Below are positions 30,918 to 41,900 of a DNA stretch of 64,000 nucleotides, piece after piece. The notes below the pieces were generated by a model. The model saw only the letters and a list, made by a program, of their open reading frames with translations. It searched no databases and was not told the DNA's origin. The translations under genes and the position numbers were made by a program. Source of the stretch: Terriglobia bacterium (GTDB taxonomy: Bacteria > Acidobacteriota > Polarisedimenticolia > Polarisedimenticolales > JAIQFR01); the NCBI GenBank assembly GCA_963748015.1, contig CAVVHE010000004.1, forward strand, positions 96,001 through 160,000, read 5' to 3'. Positions within the stretch are counted from its first letter, which is position 1; each line of letters starts with the position of its first letter.

Positions 30918-31636
30918 GAGCGGTCTTGAGGCTCGATCCCTCCGCGGCGGAGCCGGATCCGCGCTGCGTCCTGGCACGGCTCGGGATCGGGAAGGACCGC
31001 GAGCCCACCGCGACGGTAAACGGCCTCGTGACGAAGGCCGCCGAGCTCCTCCGCCGGCACGCGCGCCCCGCGGCGATGATGGAGCAGGTGGCGCCGGAGG
31101 AGTTCGCGAGGGTGTACGACGGAGAGGGGAAGAACCTCTCGCCCGCCCCCCTCGAGACGGTCTGGCCGCGGGCCGACCGGCTCGCGCTCTACACCGCGAC
31201 CCTCGGCGAGGAAGTCAGCCGGGAGATCGCCGCGCTCTTCGAGGTCGGCGACTACGCCCTCGGCTATGTGCTCGACGCCCTGGCCTCGTGCGCGGCGGAC
31301 GGCCTGTCGAGACTCCTCGCGAAACGGTACGTCGCCGCCCTCGTGGTCCGGGGGGAAGTGCCGGCCGACCGCAGGGCGCTCGATTACAGTCCGGGCTACT
31401 GCGGCTGGGACATCAGCGGTCAGCGGGCGCTGTTCGCCCGCCTCCGCCCGGCGGAGATCGGGGTCGCCATCAACGAGAGCTGCCTCATGCGGCCGCTGAA
31501 ATCGGTGTCGGGGGTGATCGCCGTGGGCCCGGCCTCGATCCACCGGATCGAGCCGGCGTACGCGTGCTGCGCAACGTGTGGCGAGCGGAGCTGCCACGAA
31601 CGGGGCTCGGCTCCAATCGCCGCCGACGGGGGCTGA
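30914..31636 (+). CDS. stand-alone B12-dependent methionine synthase activation domain-like protein
   Basis: ATLGEE, YSPGYCGWDISGQ, SCLMRPLKSVSG, C-terminal CATCGERSC; ATGA overlap with mttB. Confidence 0.85.
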   Translation: MRAVLRLDPSAAEPDPRCVLARLGIGKDREPTATVNGLVTKAAELLRRHARPAAMMEQVAPEEFARVYDGEGKNLSPAPLETVWPRADRLALYTATLGEEVSREIAALFEVGDYALGYVLDALASCAADGLSRLLAKRYVAALVVRGEVPADRRALDYSPGYCGWDISGQRALFARLRPAEIGVAINESCLMRPLKSVSGVIAVGPASIHRIEPAYACCATCGERSCHERGSAPIAADGG

Positions 31637-31642
31637 CCACGT

Positions 31643-31716
31643 GCCACCAGGCGCCGTAGTCTGTCTCGTCCCGAAGCGTGCCGCGCGGGACGAGACAGAC
31701 TACGGCGCCTGGTGGC
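31643..31716. repeat. perfect 31-bp inverted repeat with GTAG/CTAC motifs (REP/REPIN-like)
   Basis: gccaccaggcgccGTAGtctgtctcgtcccg (31643-31673) is the reverse complement of 31686-31716; 12-nt loop. Confidence 0.88.
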
Positions 31717-31750
31717 TGCCGACCAGGGAAAAGGCGATTAGGAGAAAGGC

Positions 31751-32407
31751 ATGGAGATCCTGCGGGAGATCGCGGAGAGCCTGGGACAGGGGGAGGACGA
31801 GAAGGTCGCGGCGCTCGCTCACGCGGCGCTCGACGGCGGGGCCGCGGCGCGCGAGGTGCTCGAGCGCGCCCTGATCGCCGGCATGGCCGACGTCGGCGAG
31901 CGTTTCCGTCGGCACGAGATCTTCCTGCCCGACGTCCTGCTCGCGGCACGGGCGATGAACGCCGGCGTCGAGGTGCTCAAGCCGCACCTCGCGGGCGAGG
32001 GCGTGCCGACCCGCGGCAAGGTGGTCATCGGGACGATCCAGGGAGACCTGCACGACATCGGGAAGAGCCTCGTGGGGATCATGCTCCGGGGGGCGGGGTT
32101 CGAGGTGATCGATCTCGGGCACGACGTGTCCCCCGAGCGCTTCGTGGACGTCGCGGAGCGGGAAGGCGCGGGGGTCGTCGGCATGTCGGCGCTCCTCACG
32201 ACCACGATGCAGGGGATGGCGAAGGTGGTGGACCTGCTGCGCCGCCGCGGGCTGGCGGGGAAGATCAAGACCATCGTCGGCGGCGCCCCGGTGTCGGACG
32301 AGTTCGCGCGCGAGATCGGGGCCGACGCGCACGGCTACGATGCGGCGAATGCGGTGGAGCGCGTCTCCGGGCTGTTCGAGGCGATCCGCGGTGCGCGGGC
32401 TTCCTGA
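31751..32407 (+). CDS. corrinoid (cobalamin-binding) protein, MttC/MtbC-like
   Basis: Cap domain EIFLPDVLLAARAM; GDLHDIGKSLV (DxHxxG); SALLTTTM; VGGAPV. Confidence 0.93.
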   Translation: MEILREIAESLGQGEDEKVAALAHAALDGGAAAREVLERALIAGMADVGERFRRHEIFLPDVLLAARAMNAGVEVLKPHLAGEGVPTRGKVVIGTIQGDLHDIGKSLVGIMLRGAGFEVIDLGHDVSPERFVDVAEREGAGVVGMSALLTTTMQGMAKVVDLLRRRGLAGKIKTIVGGAPVSDEFAREIGADAHGYDAANAVERVSGLFEAIRGARAS

Positions 32408-33284
32408 GCGGCTCGCCGCGGGCGAGGTCCTGGTGGCGGACGGCGCGATGGGCACCATGCTCATGGCGCGCGGCCTGACCCCCGGAGCCTGCCCCGAGGC
32501 GATCGCCCTCCATCGTCCCGGCCTTCTCGAGGAAGTCGCGGCGCTCTTCGCGGCCGCCGGGGCCGATCTCGTCCAGGCCAACACCTTCGGCGCTTCGCCC
32601 CTCAAACTGGCGCTATACGGGCTCGACGGGCGCGCGGCGGAGATCAACGCGCGGGCCGTCGAGGCCGCGCGGAAGGGGGCCGCGGGCCGCGCGCTCGTGT
32701 ACGGCTCCGTCGGACCGTCGGGGCGGCTGCTCGAGCCGTACGGCGACGCGTCCGAGGAGGCGGTGCTGGCGAGCTTCGCGGTGCAGGCCCGCGCCCTCGC
32801 GGACTCCGGTGTCGACGCCATCGTCGTCGAGACGATGACCGACGCCACGGAGGCCGCGCTGGCGGTCCGCGCAGCCAAGGACGCCGCGCCGGCCGTTCCC
32901 GTCGTCGCGACCATGACCTTCGACCGCACGCCGCGGGGGTTCTTCACGATCATGGGGGTGACCGTCGAGCGGGCATGCCGGGTCCTCGAGGAGGCCGGTG
33001 CCGACGCGGTCGGCTCGAACTGCGGGAACGGCAGCGACGCGATGGTGGAGATCGCCGCAGAGTTCCGCCGGCACTCGACGAAGCCCGTCGCGATCCAGTC
33101 GAACGCCGGCCTCCCCCGGATGACCGCGGCCGGGCTCGTCTACCCGGAAGGTCCCGGCTACATGGCGGACAGGGTCCGCACCCTGATCGGTCTCGGCGTG
33201 GCGATCGTGGGAGGGTGCTGCGGGACCGGCCCGGAGCACGTTCGCGCCTTCCGCGAGGCGGTGGACCGTCGCGGGGGCGCCTGA
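32391..33284 (+). CDS. homocysteine S-methyltransferase family protein (MetH Hcy-binding domain)
   Basis: DGAMGT, ANTFGA, VETM, GSNCG, SNAGLP, GGCCGT (three Zn-binding Cys). Confidence 0.92.
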   Translation: MRGLPERLAAGEVLVADGAMGTMLMARGLTPGACPEAIALHRPGLLEEVAALFAAAGADLVQANTFGASPLKLALYGLDGRAAEINARAVEAARKGAAGRALVYGSVGPSGRLLEPYGDASEEAVLASFAVQARALADSGVDAIVVETMTDATEAALAVRAAKDAAPAVPVVATMTFDRTPRGFFTIMGVTVERACRVLEEAGADAVGSNCGNGSDAMVEIAAEFRRHSTKPVAIQSNAGLPRMTAAGLVYPEGPGYMADRVRTLIGLGVAIVGGCCGTGPEHVRAFREAVDRRGGA

Positions 33285-33293
33285 CCCGCCGGC

Positions 33294-33554
33294 CTACTTC
33301 TTGAAATAATCCGCGTTCGTCTCGATGAAGTGCTTCCACTTCTCCGGGACGTTTTCCACCTCGAAGATCGCCTGGACCGGACAGGCCGGCTCGCAGGCGC
33401 CGCAGTCGATGCACTCGACGGGGTCGATGTAGAGCATCTCCGCGGTCTCGAAGTCCGGGTCCTTCTTCGTGGGGTGAATGCAGTCCACCGGGCACACGTC
33501 CACGCAAGCGGTGTCCTTGGTCCCGATGCACGGCTCGGCGATGATGAAAGCCAT
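33294..33554 (-). CDS. ferredoxin (7Fe-type, [3Fe-4S]+[4Fe-4S])
   Basis: CIGTKDTACVDVCPVDC and CIDCGACEPACP. Confidence 0.92.
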   Translation of the reverse strand: MAFIIAEPCIGTKDTACVDVCPVDCIHPTKKDPDFETAEMLYIDPVECIDCGACEPACPVQAIFEVENVPEKWKHFIETNADYFKK

Positions 33555-33767
33555 TGATCTCTCTCCCTGCTGAAGGATCGCGAAGGCGACCTAGCGCCCC
33601 AAGTGTAGCGCGACTCTCCCGCACGGCACGCATCCGATCCGACCGGGGTCCAGCCCCGCGTGCCGTTTCGTGACCGGCGTCAAGCGGCGTTTCGGGGGCC
33701 GAGCGGGGGCCAATCGCCGCGGCATTGGGTGGTATCCTGGCCTGCACGGCGGGAAGAGGAGCGCATC

Positions 33768-35417
33768 GTGAGCCTGACACTGCGTCGGTCGAACCGGATC
33801 GAGCCGAGCCGCGGGCCGGTCCTCCTGGTGGTGCTCGACGGCATCGGCCTCGGCGCGCGAGACGAGTGGGACGCCGTCGCCCTCGCGCGGACGCCGGCGC
33901 TCGACGGCCTGATGGCGACGGCTCCGTGGCGCGCGCTGAAGGCGCACGGCGCCGCGGTGGGGCTCCCGTCCGACGAAGACATGGGGAACTCGGAGGTCGG
34001 CCACAACGCGCTGGGCGCCGGACGGATCGTGGACCAGGGGGCGAAGCTCGTCAATCGCGCCGTGGCCGACGGGTCGATCTTCCGGAGCGAGACGTGGGGG
34101 AAGATCGCGTCTCGCTGCAGGGCGGGGGGAGCGCTGCACCTGATCGGCCTCCTCTCCGACGGCAACGTGCACAGCCACGAGAATCACCTCCACGCCCTCA
34201 TCGGCCGGGCTTTCGAGGAGGGGTTCCCGCGGGTATTCGTGCACCCGCTGCTCGACGGGAGGGACGTGCCGCAGACCTCGGCGCTGGTCTACGTCGACCG
34301 CCTCGAGGAGCGCCTGGGGAGCTACGACGGTCGCGAGGGCAGGCGCTACCGGATAGCCTCGGGCGGCGGCCGCATGATCACCACCATGGACCGTTACGAT
34401 GCCGACTGGAGCATCGTCGCGCGGGGCTACGCCGCGCACGTCCACGGCGTCGGCCGGCGGTTCGCCTCCGCTCGCGAGGCGATCGAGACCTTCCGCGCGG
34501 AGCAGGCGGGGATCAGCGACCAGTTCCTCCCGCCGTTCGTCGTCGCGGAGGAGCAGCGGCCGGTCGGCCCGGTGCTGGACGGCGACGCGGTCGTGTTCTT
34601 CAACTTCCGGGGGGACCGCGCGATCGAGATCAGCCGCGCGTTCGACGAGGGGGACGCGTTCGACAGGTTCGACCGCGGGCGGCGCCCCGAGGTCCTCTAC
34701 GCCGGCATGACGCTGTACGACGGCGACCTCGGCATTCCCAAGAGCTACCTGGTCGAGCCTCCCGCCATCGACCGGACGATCGGCGAGTATCTCGCCCGGG
34801 CAGGCGTCACGCAGTTCGCCCTCTCGGAGACGCAGAAGTACGGTCACGTGACCTATTTCTGGAACGGGAACCGCGGCGGGAAGTTCGACCCCGCGACGGA
34901 GACCTACCTCGAGATCCCCTCGGACCGGGTCCCCTTCGAGCAGCGCCCCTGGATGAAGGCGGCCGAGATCGCCGACGCGACGCTCGACGCGCTGGCGTCC
35001 GGGCGCCACCGTTTCTGCCGCATCAACTTCGCCAACGGGGACATGGTGGGCCACAGCGGGCAGCTCCTGCCCACGATCGTCGCGGTGGAGGCGGTGGACC
35101 TCTGCCTGGCCAGGATCGTCCGCGGGATCGGATCGGTCGATGGGACGCTCGTGGTCCTGGCCGACCACGGCAACGCCGACGACATGGTGGAGCGGGACCG
35201 CACGGGGCTTCCGCTCCGGGACGAGGCCGGGATCCCCAAGTACCGCACCAGTCACAGCCTGAATCCCGTTCCGTTCATCGTCTGGCGCGCGAAGGGTCCG
35301 TCCCCGGCGCTCCGGCAGGATCTGCCGGGGGCAGGCCTGGCCAACGTCGCCGCCACCCTGCTGGAGCTGCTGGGGTTCGAGCCACCCGCCGACTACCTGC
35401 CCTCGCTCCTCGCCTGA
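33768..35417 (+). CDS. gpmI: 2,3-bisphosphoglycerate-independent phosphoglycerate mutase
   Basis: VLDGIG, MGNSEVGH, DGRD, NFRGDR, ETQKYGHVT, NGDMVGH, ADHGN. Confidence 0.96.
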   Translation: MSLTLRRSNRIEPSRGPVLLVVLDGIGLGARDEWDAVALARTPALDGLMATAPWRALKAHGAAVGLPSDEDMGNSEVGHNALGAGRIVDQGAKLVNRAVADGSIFRSETWGKIASRCRAGGALHLIGLLSDGNVHSHENHLHALIGRAFEEGFPRVFVHPLLDGRDVPQTSALVYVDRLEERLGSYDGREGRRYRIASGGGRMITTMDRYDADWSIVARGYAAHVHGVGRRFASAREAIETFRAEQAGISDQFLPPFVVAEEQRPVGPVLDGDAVVFFNFRGDRAIEISRAFDEGDAFDRFDRGRRPEVLYAGMTLYDGDLGIPKSYLVEPPAIDRTIGEYLARAGVTQFALSETQKYGHVTYFWNGNRGGKFDPATETYLEIPSDRVPFEQRPWMKAAEIADATLDALASGRHRFCRINFANGDMVGHSGQLLPTIVAVEAVDLCLARIVRGIGSVDGTLVVLADHGNADDMVERDRTGLPLRDEAGIPKYRTSHSLNPVPFIVWRAKGPSPALRQDLPGAGLANVAATLLELLGFEPPADYLPSLLA

Positions 35418-35482
35418 GCACGAGCGCCGAGACGGACTTCCGAATCGGGAAGGGGACGACGCGCGTATAATCCGCCCCGCAC

Positions 35483-36160
35483 ATGGCGACGCCGCGAGCC
35501 ACCCCCGAGCCTCGACCGTCCGCGAGCCAGAGAGCGCTCGGCCGCCTCGACGCGCTCCTCCTCAGGGAGCGCGCGCTGTGGGCCGGAGGGCTCGAGCGGG
35601 TCGCCGGCGTGGACGAGGCCGGCGTCGGACCGCTGGCCGGGCCGGTCGTCGCCGCCGCGGTCGTCTTCCCTCCCGGGACGGGGATCCCCGGGGTGAACGA
35701 CTCGAAGCGTGTCGCCCCCGCGCGGCGGGCGGAGCTCGCGGCGGAGATCCGGGAGCTGGCGCTCGCCCACGCCGTGGCGATGGCCGATCCCGGCGAGATC
35801 GACCGGCTGAACGTGTACCACGCGACCCTTCTCGCGATGCGGCGGGCGGTCGAGGGACTCGGCGTCCGTCCGGACCGCGTTCTCGTGGACGCGCGCCGGA
35901 TCCCGGGGATCGACGTTCCGCAGGAGGCGATCATCCGCGGCGACGCGTCCTGCCACGCCATCGCGGCCGCCTCCATCCTCGCGAAGGTGGCGCGGGACGC
36001 GCTCATGGCGGAGTACGAGGAGACCTACCCCGGATACGGTTTCGCCCTCCACAAGGGGTATCCCACCGAGTCGCACCGGGACGCGATCCGGCGCCTCGGG
36101 CCGTGCGCGATCCACCGGCGCTCGTTCACGCTGCTCCCGCCCCCGGGGCTTTGGGACTAG
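35483..36160 (+). CDS. rnhB: ribonuclease HII
   Basis: GVDEAGVGPLAGPV, DSKR, AAASILAKVARD, HKGYPT, HRRSF. Confidence 0.95.
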   Translation: MATPRATPEPRPSASQRALGRLDALLLRERALWAGGLERVAGVDEAGVGPLAGPVVAAAVVFPPGTGIPGVNDSKRVAPARRAELAAEIRELALAHAVAMADPGEIDRLNVYHATLLAMRRAVEGLGVRPDRVLVDARRIPGIDVPQEAIIRGDASCHAIAAASILAKVARDALMAEYEETYPGYGFALHKGYPTESHRDAIRRLGPCAIHRRSFTLLPPPGLWD

Positions 36161-36232
36161 GCCGGGGAAGCCTCCGCGCCGTGACACCCCCCACGCGCGG
36201 CGCGGCCGCCGGCCGGGGTTTCCCGCCGCGTT

Positions 36233-36260
36233 GTGACACCCTCCGTCGCTGTCCTATAAT
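36233..36260 (+). promoter_or_regulatory. putative sigma-70 promoter of sucCD(-ndk)
   Basis: GTGACA-N16-TATAAT about 60 nt upstream of sucC. Confidence 0.55.
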
Positions 36261-36318
36261 CCCGCGCCACGCTCGGGCTGCGGGGCTCTCGTAATTCCTC
36301 GGGACACGGAGGCGCGCG

Positions 36319-37542
36319 TTGAAGATCCACGAGTACCAGGCGAAGACCCTCTTCAGGAAACACGGCGTGCCGGTGCCGCAGGGCGAGGTCGCCTTCTCTC
36401 CCACGGAAGCCCGGGACATCGCGCGGAAGCTCGGCGGCCGGGTCGTCGTGAAAGCGCAGATCCACGCAGGCGGCCGCGGGAAGGGGACCTTCAAGCATGC
36501 CGCGACCGGAGCCGTCGTGATGCGGCCGGACGGGAGCAAGCCGCTCGGCGGCGTCGTCGTCGTGAACGGACACGACGCGGCCGAGGAGATCGCCGGGCGG
36601 ATGCTCGGCAACGTCCTCGTGACGAAACAGAGCGGGGCCGAGGGGAGAGTGGTTCGGCGCGTGCTCGTCGAGGAGGGGATGGACATCGCGCGCGAGTACT
36701 ACCTCGCGCTGCTCCTCGACCGAGCGGTCCGCTCGCTGGTGTTCATCGCGAGCGCCGAGGGGGGGACGGAGATCGAGGAGGTCGCGGCGAGCCGACCCGA
36801 GGCGATTCTTAAGGTGGCGGTGGATCCCACGGCGGGCTTCACCCCCTGGATCGGGCGCAAGATCGCGTTCGGCCTCGGAGTCCGGCCCGAGCTCGTCTCG
36901 CCGGTCGCGAAGCTCGTCGGCTCGCTGTACCAGACGCTCTCCGCGACGGATGCTTCCTTGGCCGAGATCAATCCCCTGATCGTCACGGGGGACGGCAAGG
37001 TGGTCGCCCTCGACGGCAAGATGAACCTCGACGACAACGCGATCTTCCGGCACCCCGAGATCGCGGAGATGAGGGACCTCGAAGAGGAGGACCCGCTCGA
37101 GGTCGAGGCTTCCAAGTTCGGTCTCAACTACATCAAGCTCGACGGCACGGTCGGGTGCATGGTCAACGGCGCCGGCCTCGCGATGGGGACGATGGACATC
37201 ATCAAGCACCACGGCGGGAGCCCTGCGAACTTCCTCGACGTCGGAGGCGGGGCGACCGCCGAGGCGGTCACCGCCGCGTTCGAGATCCTCATGAAGGACC
37301 GCGGTGTCAAGGCGGTCCTCGTGAACATCTTCGGCGGGATCATGCGGTGCGACCTGGTGGCCGAGGGCGTCGTCGCGGCCGCGAGGAAGGTCGGCGCGAA
37401 GGTCCCCATGGTCGTCCGGCTCGAGGGAACGAACGTCGAGAAGGGGAGAGAGATCCTGCGCGACTCCGGGCTGACCTTCCTGGTGGCGGACGGGATGAAG
37501 GACGCGGCCGAGAAGGTCGTCGCCGCCGCGGCGGGGAGGTAG
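36319..37542 (+). CDS. sucC: succinyl-CoA ligase beta subunit
   Basis: [47 protein letters not shown]. Confidence 0.97.
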   Translation: MKIHEYQAKTLFRKHGVPVPQGEVAFSPTEARDIARKLGGRVVVKAQIHAGGRGKGTFKHAATGAVVMRPDGSKPLGGVVVVNGHDAAEEIAGRMLGNVLVTKQSGAEGRVVRRVLVEEGMDIAREYYLALLLDRAVRSLVFIASAEGGTEIEEVAASRPEAILKVAVDPTAGFTPWIGRKIAFGLGVRPELVSPVAKLVGSLYQTLSATDASLAEINPLIVTGDGKVVALDGKMNLDDNAIFRHPEIAEMRDLEEEDPLEVEASKFGLNYIKLDGTVGCMVNGAGLAMGTMDIIKHHGGSPANFLDVGGGATAEAVTAAFEILMKDRGVKAVLVNIFGGIMRCDLVAEGVVAAARKVGAKVPMVVRLEGTNVEKGREILRDSGLTFLVADGMKDAAEKVVAAAAGR

Positions 37543-37544
37543 CC

Positions 37545-38414
37545 ATGTCGGTCCTGGTGGGCAACGGCACCCGGCTCCTCGTGCAGGGGATCACCGGAAG
37601 GGAAGGGACGTTCCACACGCGGAAGGCGGTGGAGTACGGCACGAAGGTCGTCGCGGGGGTGACTCCCGGCAAGGGAGGATCCGAGGTGGACGGGATCCCG
37701 GTGTTCAACACCGTGGAGGACGCGGTTCGCGCGACGGGGGCCAACGCGAGCGTGATCTTCGTCGCCCCTCCCTTCGCGGCCGACGCGATCCTGGAGGCGG
37801 CCTCCGCGGGACTGCCGCTCGTCGTGTGCATCACGGAGGGGATCCCGACCCTCGACATGGTCCGCGTGATGGCGTTCCTCGAGGGGCGGAAGACGCGGCT
37901 GATCGGGCCGAACTGCCCCGGGATCATCACCCCCGGCGAGTGCAAGATCGGGATCATGCCCGGGCACATCCACAAGGCGGGACCGGTGGGCGTCGTCTCC
38001 CGCTCCGGGACGCTGACCTACGAGGCGGTGGACCAGCTGACCCGGCTCGGCATCGGTCAGTCCACCTGCGTCGGGATCGGCGGCGACCCGATTCCCGGGA
38101 CGAATTTCATCGACATGCTCGCGCTCTACCAGGCCGATCCCGCCACCCGCGCGGTGGTGCTGATCGGGGAGATCGGCGGGACCGCGGAGGAGGAGGCGGC
38201 GGCGTTCGTCAAGGAGCGCGTGACGAAGCCGGTCGTCGCGTTCATCGCCGGCCAGACGGCGCCTCCAGGCCGCAGGATGGGGCACGCGGGCGCGATCATC
38301 GCCGGCGGGAAGGGAACCGCCGCGGAGAAGATGAAGGCGCTGAAGGAGGCGGGAATCCACGTCGTGGACACCCCGGCCGCCATCGGCGAGACCGTCAAGA
38401 AGGTGCTCGGCTGA
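37545..38414 (+). CDS. sucD: succinyl-CoA ligase alpha subunit
   Basis: [30 protein letters not shown] (phospho-His). Confidence 0.97.
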   Translation: MSVLVGNGTRLLVQGITGREGTFHTRKAVEYGTKVVAGVTPGKGGSEVDGIPVFNTVEDAVRATGANASVIFVAPPFAADAILEAASAGLPLVVCITEGIPTLDMVRVMAFLEGRKTRLIGPNCPGIITPGECKIGIMPGHIHKAGPVGVVSRSGTLTYEAVDQLTRLGIGQSTCVGIGGDPIPGTNFIDMLALYQADPATRAVVLIGEIGGTAEEEAAAFVKERVTKPVVAFIAGQTAPPGRRMGHAGAIIAGGKGTAAEKMKALKEAGIHVVDTPAAIGETVKKVLG

Positions 38415-38490
38415 TCGACGGGGGCCGGCGCCTGATTCCCGCCCGCGGCCGGCCGGCAACGACCGGGGCCCGGGCCCATCGGGGAGAAAC

Positions 38491-38919
38491 ATGACGCATC
38501 ACGTGCAGAGAACGCTGGCGATCGTCAAGCCGGACGGCGTCGAGCAGAAGGTCGTGGGGAAGGTCGTCGCCCGGATCGAGGCCGAGGGGTTCCGGATCGC
38601 CGGGCTCAGGATGATCCGGCTCGGCAAGGCCGAGGCGGAAGGGTTCTACGCCGTTCACCGGGGGAAGCCGTTCTTCTCGAGCCTGACCGCCTTCATGTCG
38701 TCCGGGCCGGCGGTGGTGATGGTGCTCGAGCGCGAGGAGGCGATCGCGAAGTGGCGCGAGCTCATGGGCGCCACGAACCCCGCCAACGCCGCGCCGGGGA
38801 CGCTCCGCAAGGAATTCGCCACGTCGGTCGAGCGGAACATCGTCCACGGCTCGGACGCCCCCGAGACCGCCGCCTTCGAGATCGCCTACTTCTTCGGCGG
38901 GGTGGACCTGTTGGGCTGA
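38491..38919 (+). CDS. ndk: nucleoside diphosphate kinase
   Basis: IVKPDG, GATNP, NIVHGSD. Confidence 0.97.
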   Translation: MTHHVQRTLAIVKPDGVEQKVVGKVVARIEAEGFRIAGLRMIRLGKAEAEGFYAVHRGKPFFSSLTAFMSSGPAVVMVLEREEAIAKWRELMGATNPANAAPGTLRKEFATSVERNIVHGSDAPETAAFEIAYFFGGVDLLG

Positions 38920-38940
38920 AGTCGGGGGACGTCAAACAAG

Positions 38941-38972
38941 AAAAAAAGGGGGAGCCCACAGGCTCCCCCTTT
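38941..38972 (-). terminator. rho-independent terminator, probably bidirectional (TonB receptor / ndk)
   Basis: aaagggggagcc-caca-ggctcccccttt; T7 tract on the minus strand; lies between convergent genes. Confidence 0.85.
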
Positions 38973-38996
38973 CCTATTACGACCGTACGGCTAAGG

Positions 38997-41900
38997 CTAG
39001 AAGCTCCACTTGAGCGATACCCGCGCGCTGCGCGGATTCCCGTAGCTGGTGGCCCTGCCGTAGTTGGGATTTGCCTCGGCCTGGTTGAGCTCGAGGACGT
39101 CGTCGAAGGCGTCCCCTTCCTGGGTGTTGAACACGTTGAACATGTCGAAGCCGAGGTTGAGGTTGCTGTTCTTCCACCCGGTCTTGATGTTGTACGAGAG
39201 GTGGACGTCCACGGTCGTGAAGTCGGGCATGCGGCCGCTGAAGTCCCTCTTGACGGTCGTGTAGTCGTAGAGGAACTGGGTCGTGCCGAACCGGGCGTTG
39301 ACGAGTGGGCGATCCACCGCGCCATCGGTGAGCGGATCCGGAGCGTTGTAGGTGTCGAACACGAGCTGGCCGTCCGCGACGTCGCCCGTGGAGTACTCGG
39401 TGGGCGCCGCGCCAATGCCTTTCGACAGCACGAGGAACGGATCGCCGACGGCTTCCGCGGTGGCGATGTCGTAGCGCTGGTACCACGACGCGTAGACCGG
39501 ATCGGTTCCGGGCACCTCGCCCGAGCCGGGGAGCTGGTAGAAGTCGTTCGGGTGGACGAGCTGCGGGAACCGCGGCACGCCCGTGGACCAGTTCAGCGCA
39601 GCACCGGCGCTCAGGCCGTTCTTGAACTGGTAGGTGGCGTACGCCTTGAGGTTGTGCTTCACGTCGGTGTTGAGGGGGCCGGCGATGAACTGCCCGTGCA
39701 TCAGGGGGGTGTCCGGGAAGTCGTAGAGCGAAGTGATGTTCGGGTCGTCCTGGCCGTTGTCGTTCCGGAGGAGACCCTCGTAGTTGCCGATCAGCTGGCC
39801 GTACCGGTAGGACACCCAGCCCACCCAGTTGTCGGAGAACCGCTTGTTGAAGATGACCTCGAACGCGTCGTAGTCGCGCCTCGGCTTCGGGAAATCCGGG
39901 TAGCCGGGGCCGCCGAGCTCGGCGATCGCGGAGCCGCTGTTGACCGACGGGTTACCGAGGACGTAGCTGCCGAACGCGTCGACCGCGTACGACGGGAACG
40001 GGTTGAAGGTCGGGTAGATCCCCTCGTCGTTGAGGAAGCGGTACGGCCCCCAGTACCGGTTCGCGATCGCCTCCTGCGGCACGTAGGAGAAGTCCTCGAT
40101 GACGCGGCCGATCTGCCGGTGGACGTACCGGAAGTCGACGCTCATGTTCTGGGTGACCTCGCGGGTGTAACCCAGCAGGTACTCCTCCGTGTAGGGGAGC
40201 TTCGTGTCCTGCCAGACCGACGTCGGGCTGGAGCCGACGATCGACATGCTCTGGCACGGTGCGGAGCCGCCGCCGACCGTCGGGCAGTCGCTGTCGAGTT
40301 GCTGCGTCGTCAGGGTCTTGTCCAGCCAGTTCTGGCTGATGTCCACCTCGTTCGAGAACGCGCGATAGGCGAGGTCCTGGGTCAGCCGCTGGACCATCTT
40401 CGAGTAGTTGGCATACAGCTTGTCGCGCCCGTCGCCACGAACGTCCCAGGTGACGCCGACGCGCGGCGCCCACTCCTTCGGGAACGTCATGGCCTGCGGG
40501 TCGTAGACGGTCGTGCCGGTCGGGTCCACGAACGTATCGTCCGAGACGAAGGCGAACGGCAGGACGTACGGCGAGCCGCCGGCCACGTACTCCGACGTGT
40601 ACCGCACGCCGAGCTTCAGCGTCCAGCGGGGCGTGATCGACCAGGTGTCCTGGAGGAAGAAGTTGTTCTCGGTGTTGTGCGTCTGCACCTCGACCGGGCT
40701 CGTCTTGGAGCGCTGGACCTTGTAGGTGTTCGCGCCGACGGCCGAGTTGAAGGACTCGTACAGGTACGCGCCGGTGGTGGACGGCTGGTCGAGGTACTCG
40801 CCGTTCCAGAGGTAGCTGTCGGACGCCTCGTCGTAGACCCCGATCGGGAGCTTCATCGTGTAGATCGGTCCGGTCTGCTTCCCGGACTCGGTGTAGTCCA
40901 CCTTGTCCTGCTGCCAGCCCCCCTTGATCTCGTGATTGCCGATCACGTAGGTCAGCTTGATCGCGTACTGGTCGACCGTCTCGTCGGTGTCCGGGGCGAA
41001 GCCGAGACCCCCGTAATCGATCCCCCCGGGCACGTCGAGATTGGTGATCATGTAGAGATCTTGGGCCTTCTCCTTCAGCTTGGACTTGTGCTGCGCGATA
41101 ATCGCGTCCACGAAGAAGTTCGGCGTCAGCGCGCCGGCGTACTTGAGCGACAGGTTGTCGCCGCCGTAGTCGAGCGAGGAGTATCCCTCCTCTCCGCTGC
41201 GGCGGAGCGCGCCGATCCGCTGGATGCCGTACTCGCCCGTGGAGGGATCGCCGAACGCGGTCGCCTCGAGGCGGTGGTTCGGCGTCATGTACCACGAGAA
41301 CTTCAGGGCGTAGTTGTCGTTCGAGCGCGTCCGCTCCCCGGTGCGCCCGTACGTGGTCTGGTTCGGGTCGTAGTAGACCTTGTTCCCTTCCTCGTCGAGG
41401 TAGTAGAGCGCGGTCTCATCGAGGCCGGTCCGCTGGAAGGTGGTCTTCGACTCGACCGGGTTGTAGGCGGCGTACCAGAAGAGCTTGTCCTTCATCAGCG
41501 GGCCGCCCAGCGACAGGCCGATGTCGTACCGCTGCGCGCTCGTCGCCGCGATCGCGTCGGGGAACAGCTCGACCGTCTTGTACTCCGCCTCGAACGAGGA
41601 CGGCGCTCCGTAGACCGAGATCTGGCCGGAGAGCTTGTTGCCCCCGCTCTTCACCACGGCGTTCACGACGCCGCCGGTGGCCTGGCCGAACTCGGCCTCG
41701 AAGCCGGCTTCCTTCACCTCGACCTGGTCGATGAAGTCGTTCGTCACGCCGGAACCGAGGGATCCGTAAACGCGGTTGTAGGAGCCGATGCCGCCGTAGC
41801 CGGAGTTCGTGATGTTGACCCCGTCCACGAGGTACGAGTTCTCGAGCCCCGAGGAGCCGGAGATCGAGTAGTTGCCCGCGCCGGAGCCGAGCCCGCTCAC

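Noticed and set aside
33670..33683. CRP/FNR-like site GTGA-N6-TCAA between the ferredoxin gene and gpmI
   Set aside because: Only a partial hybrid match; could be chance.
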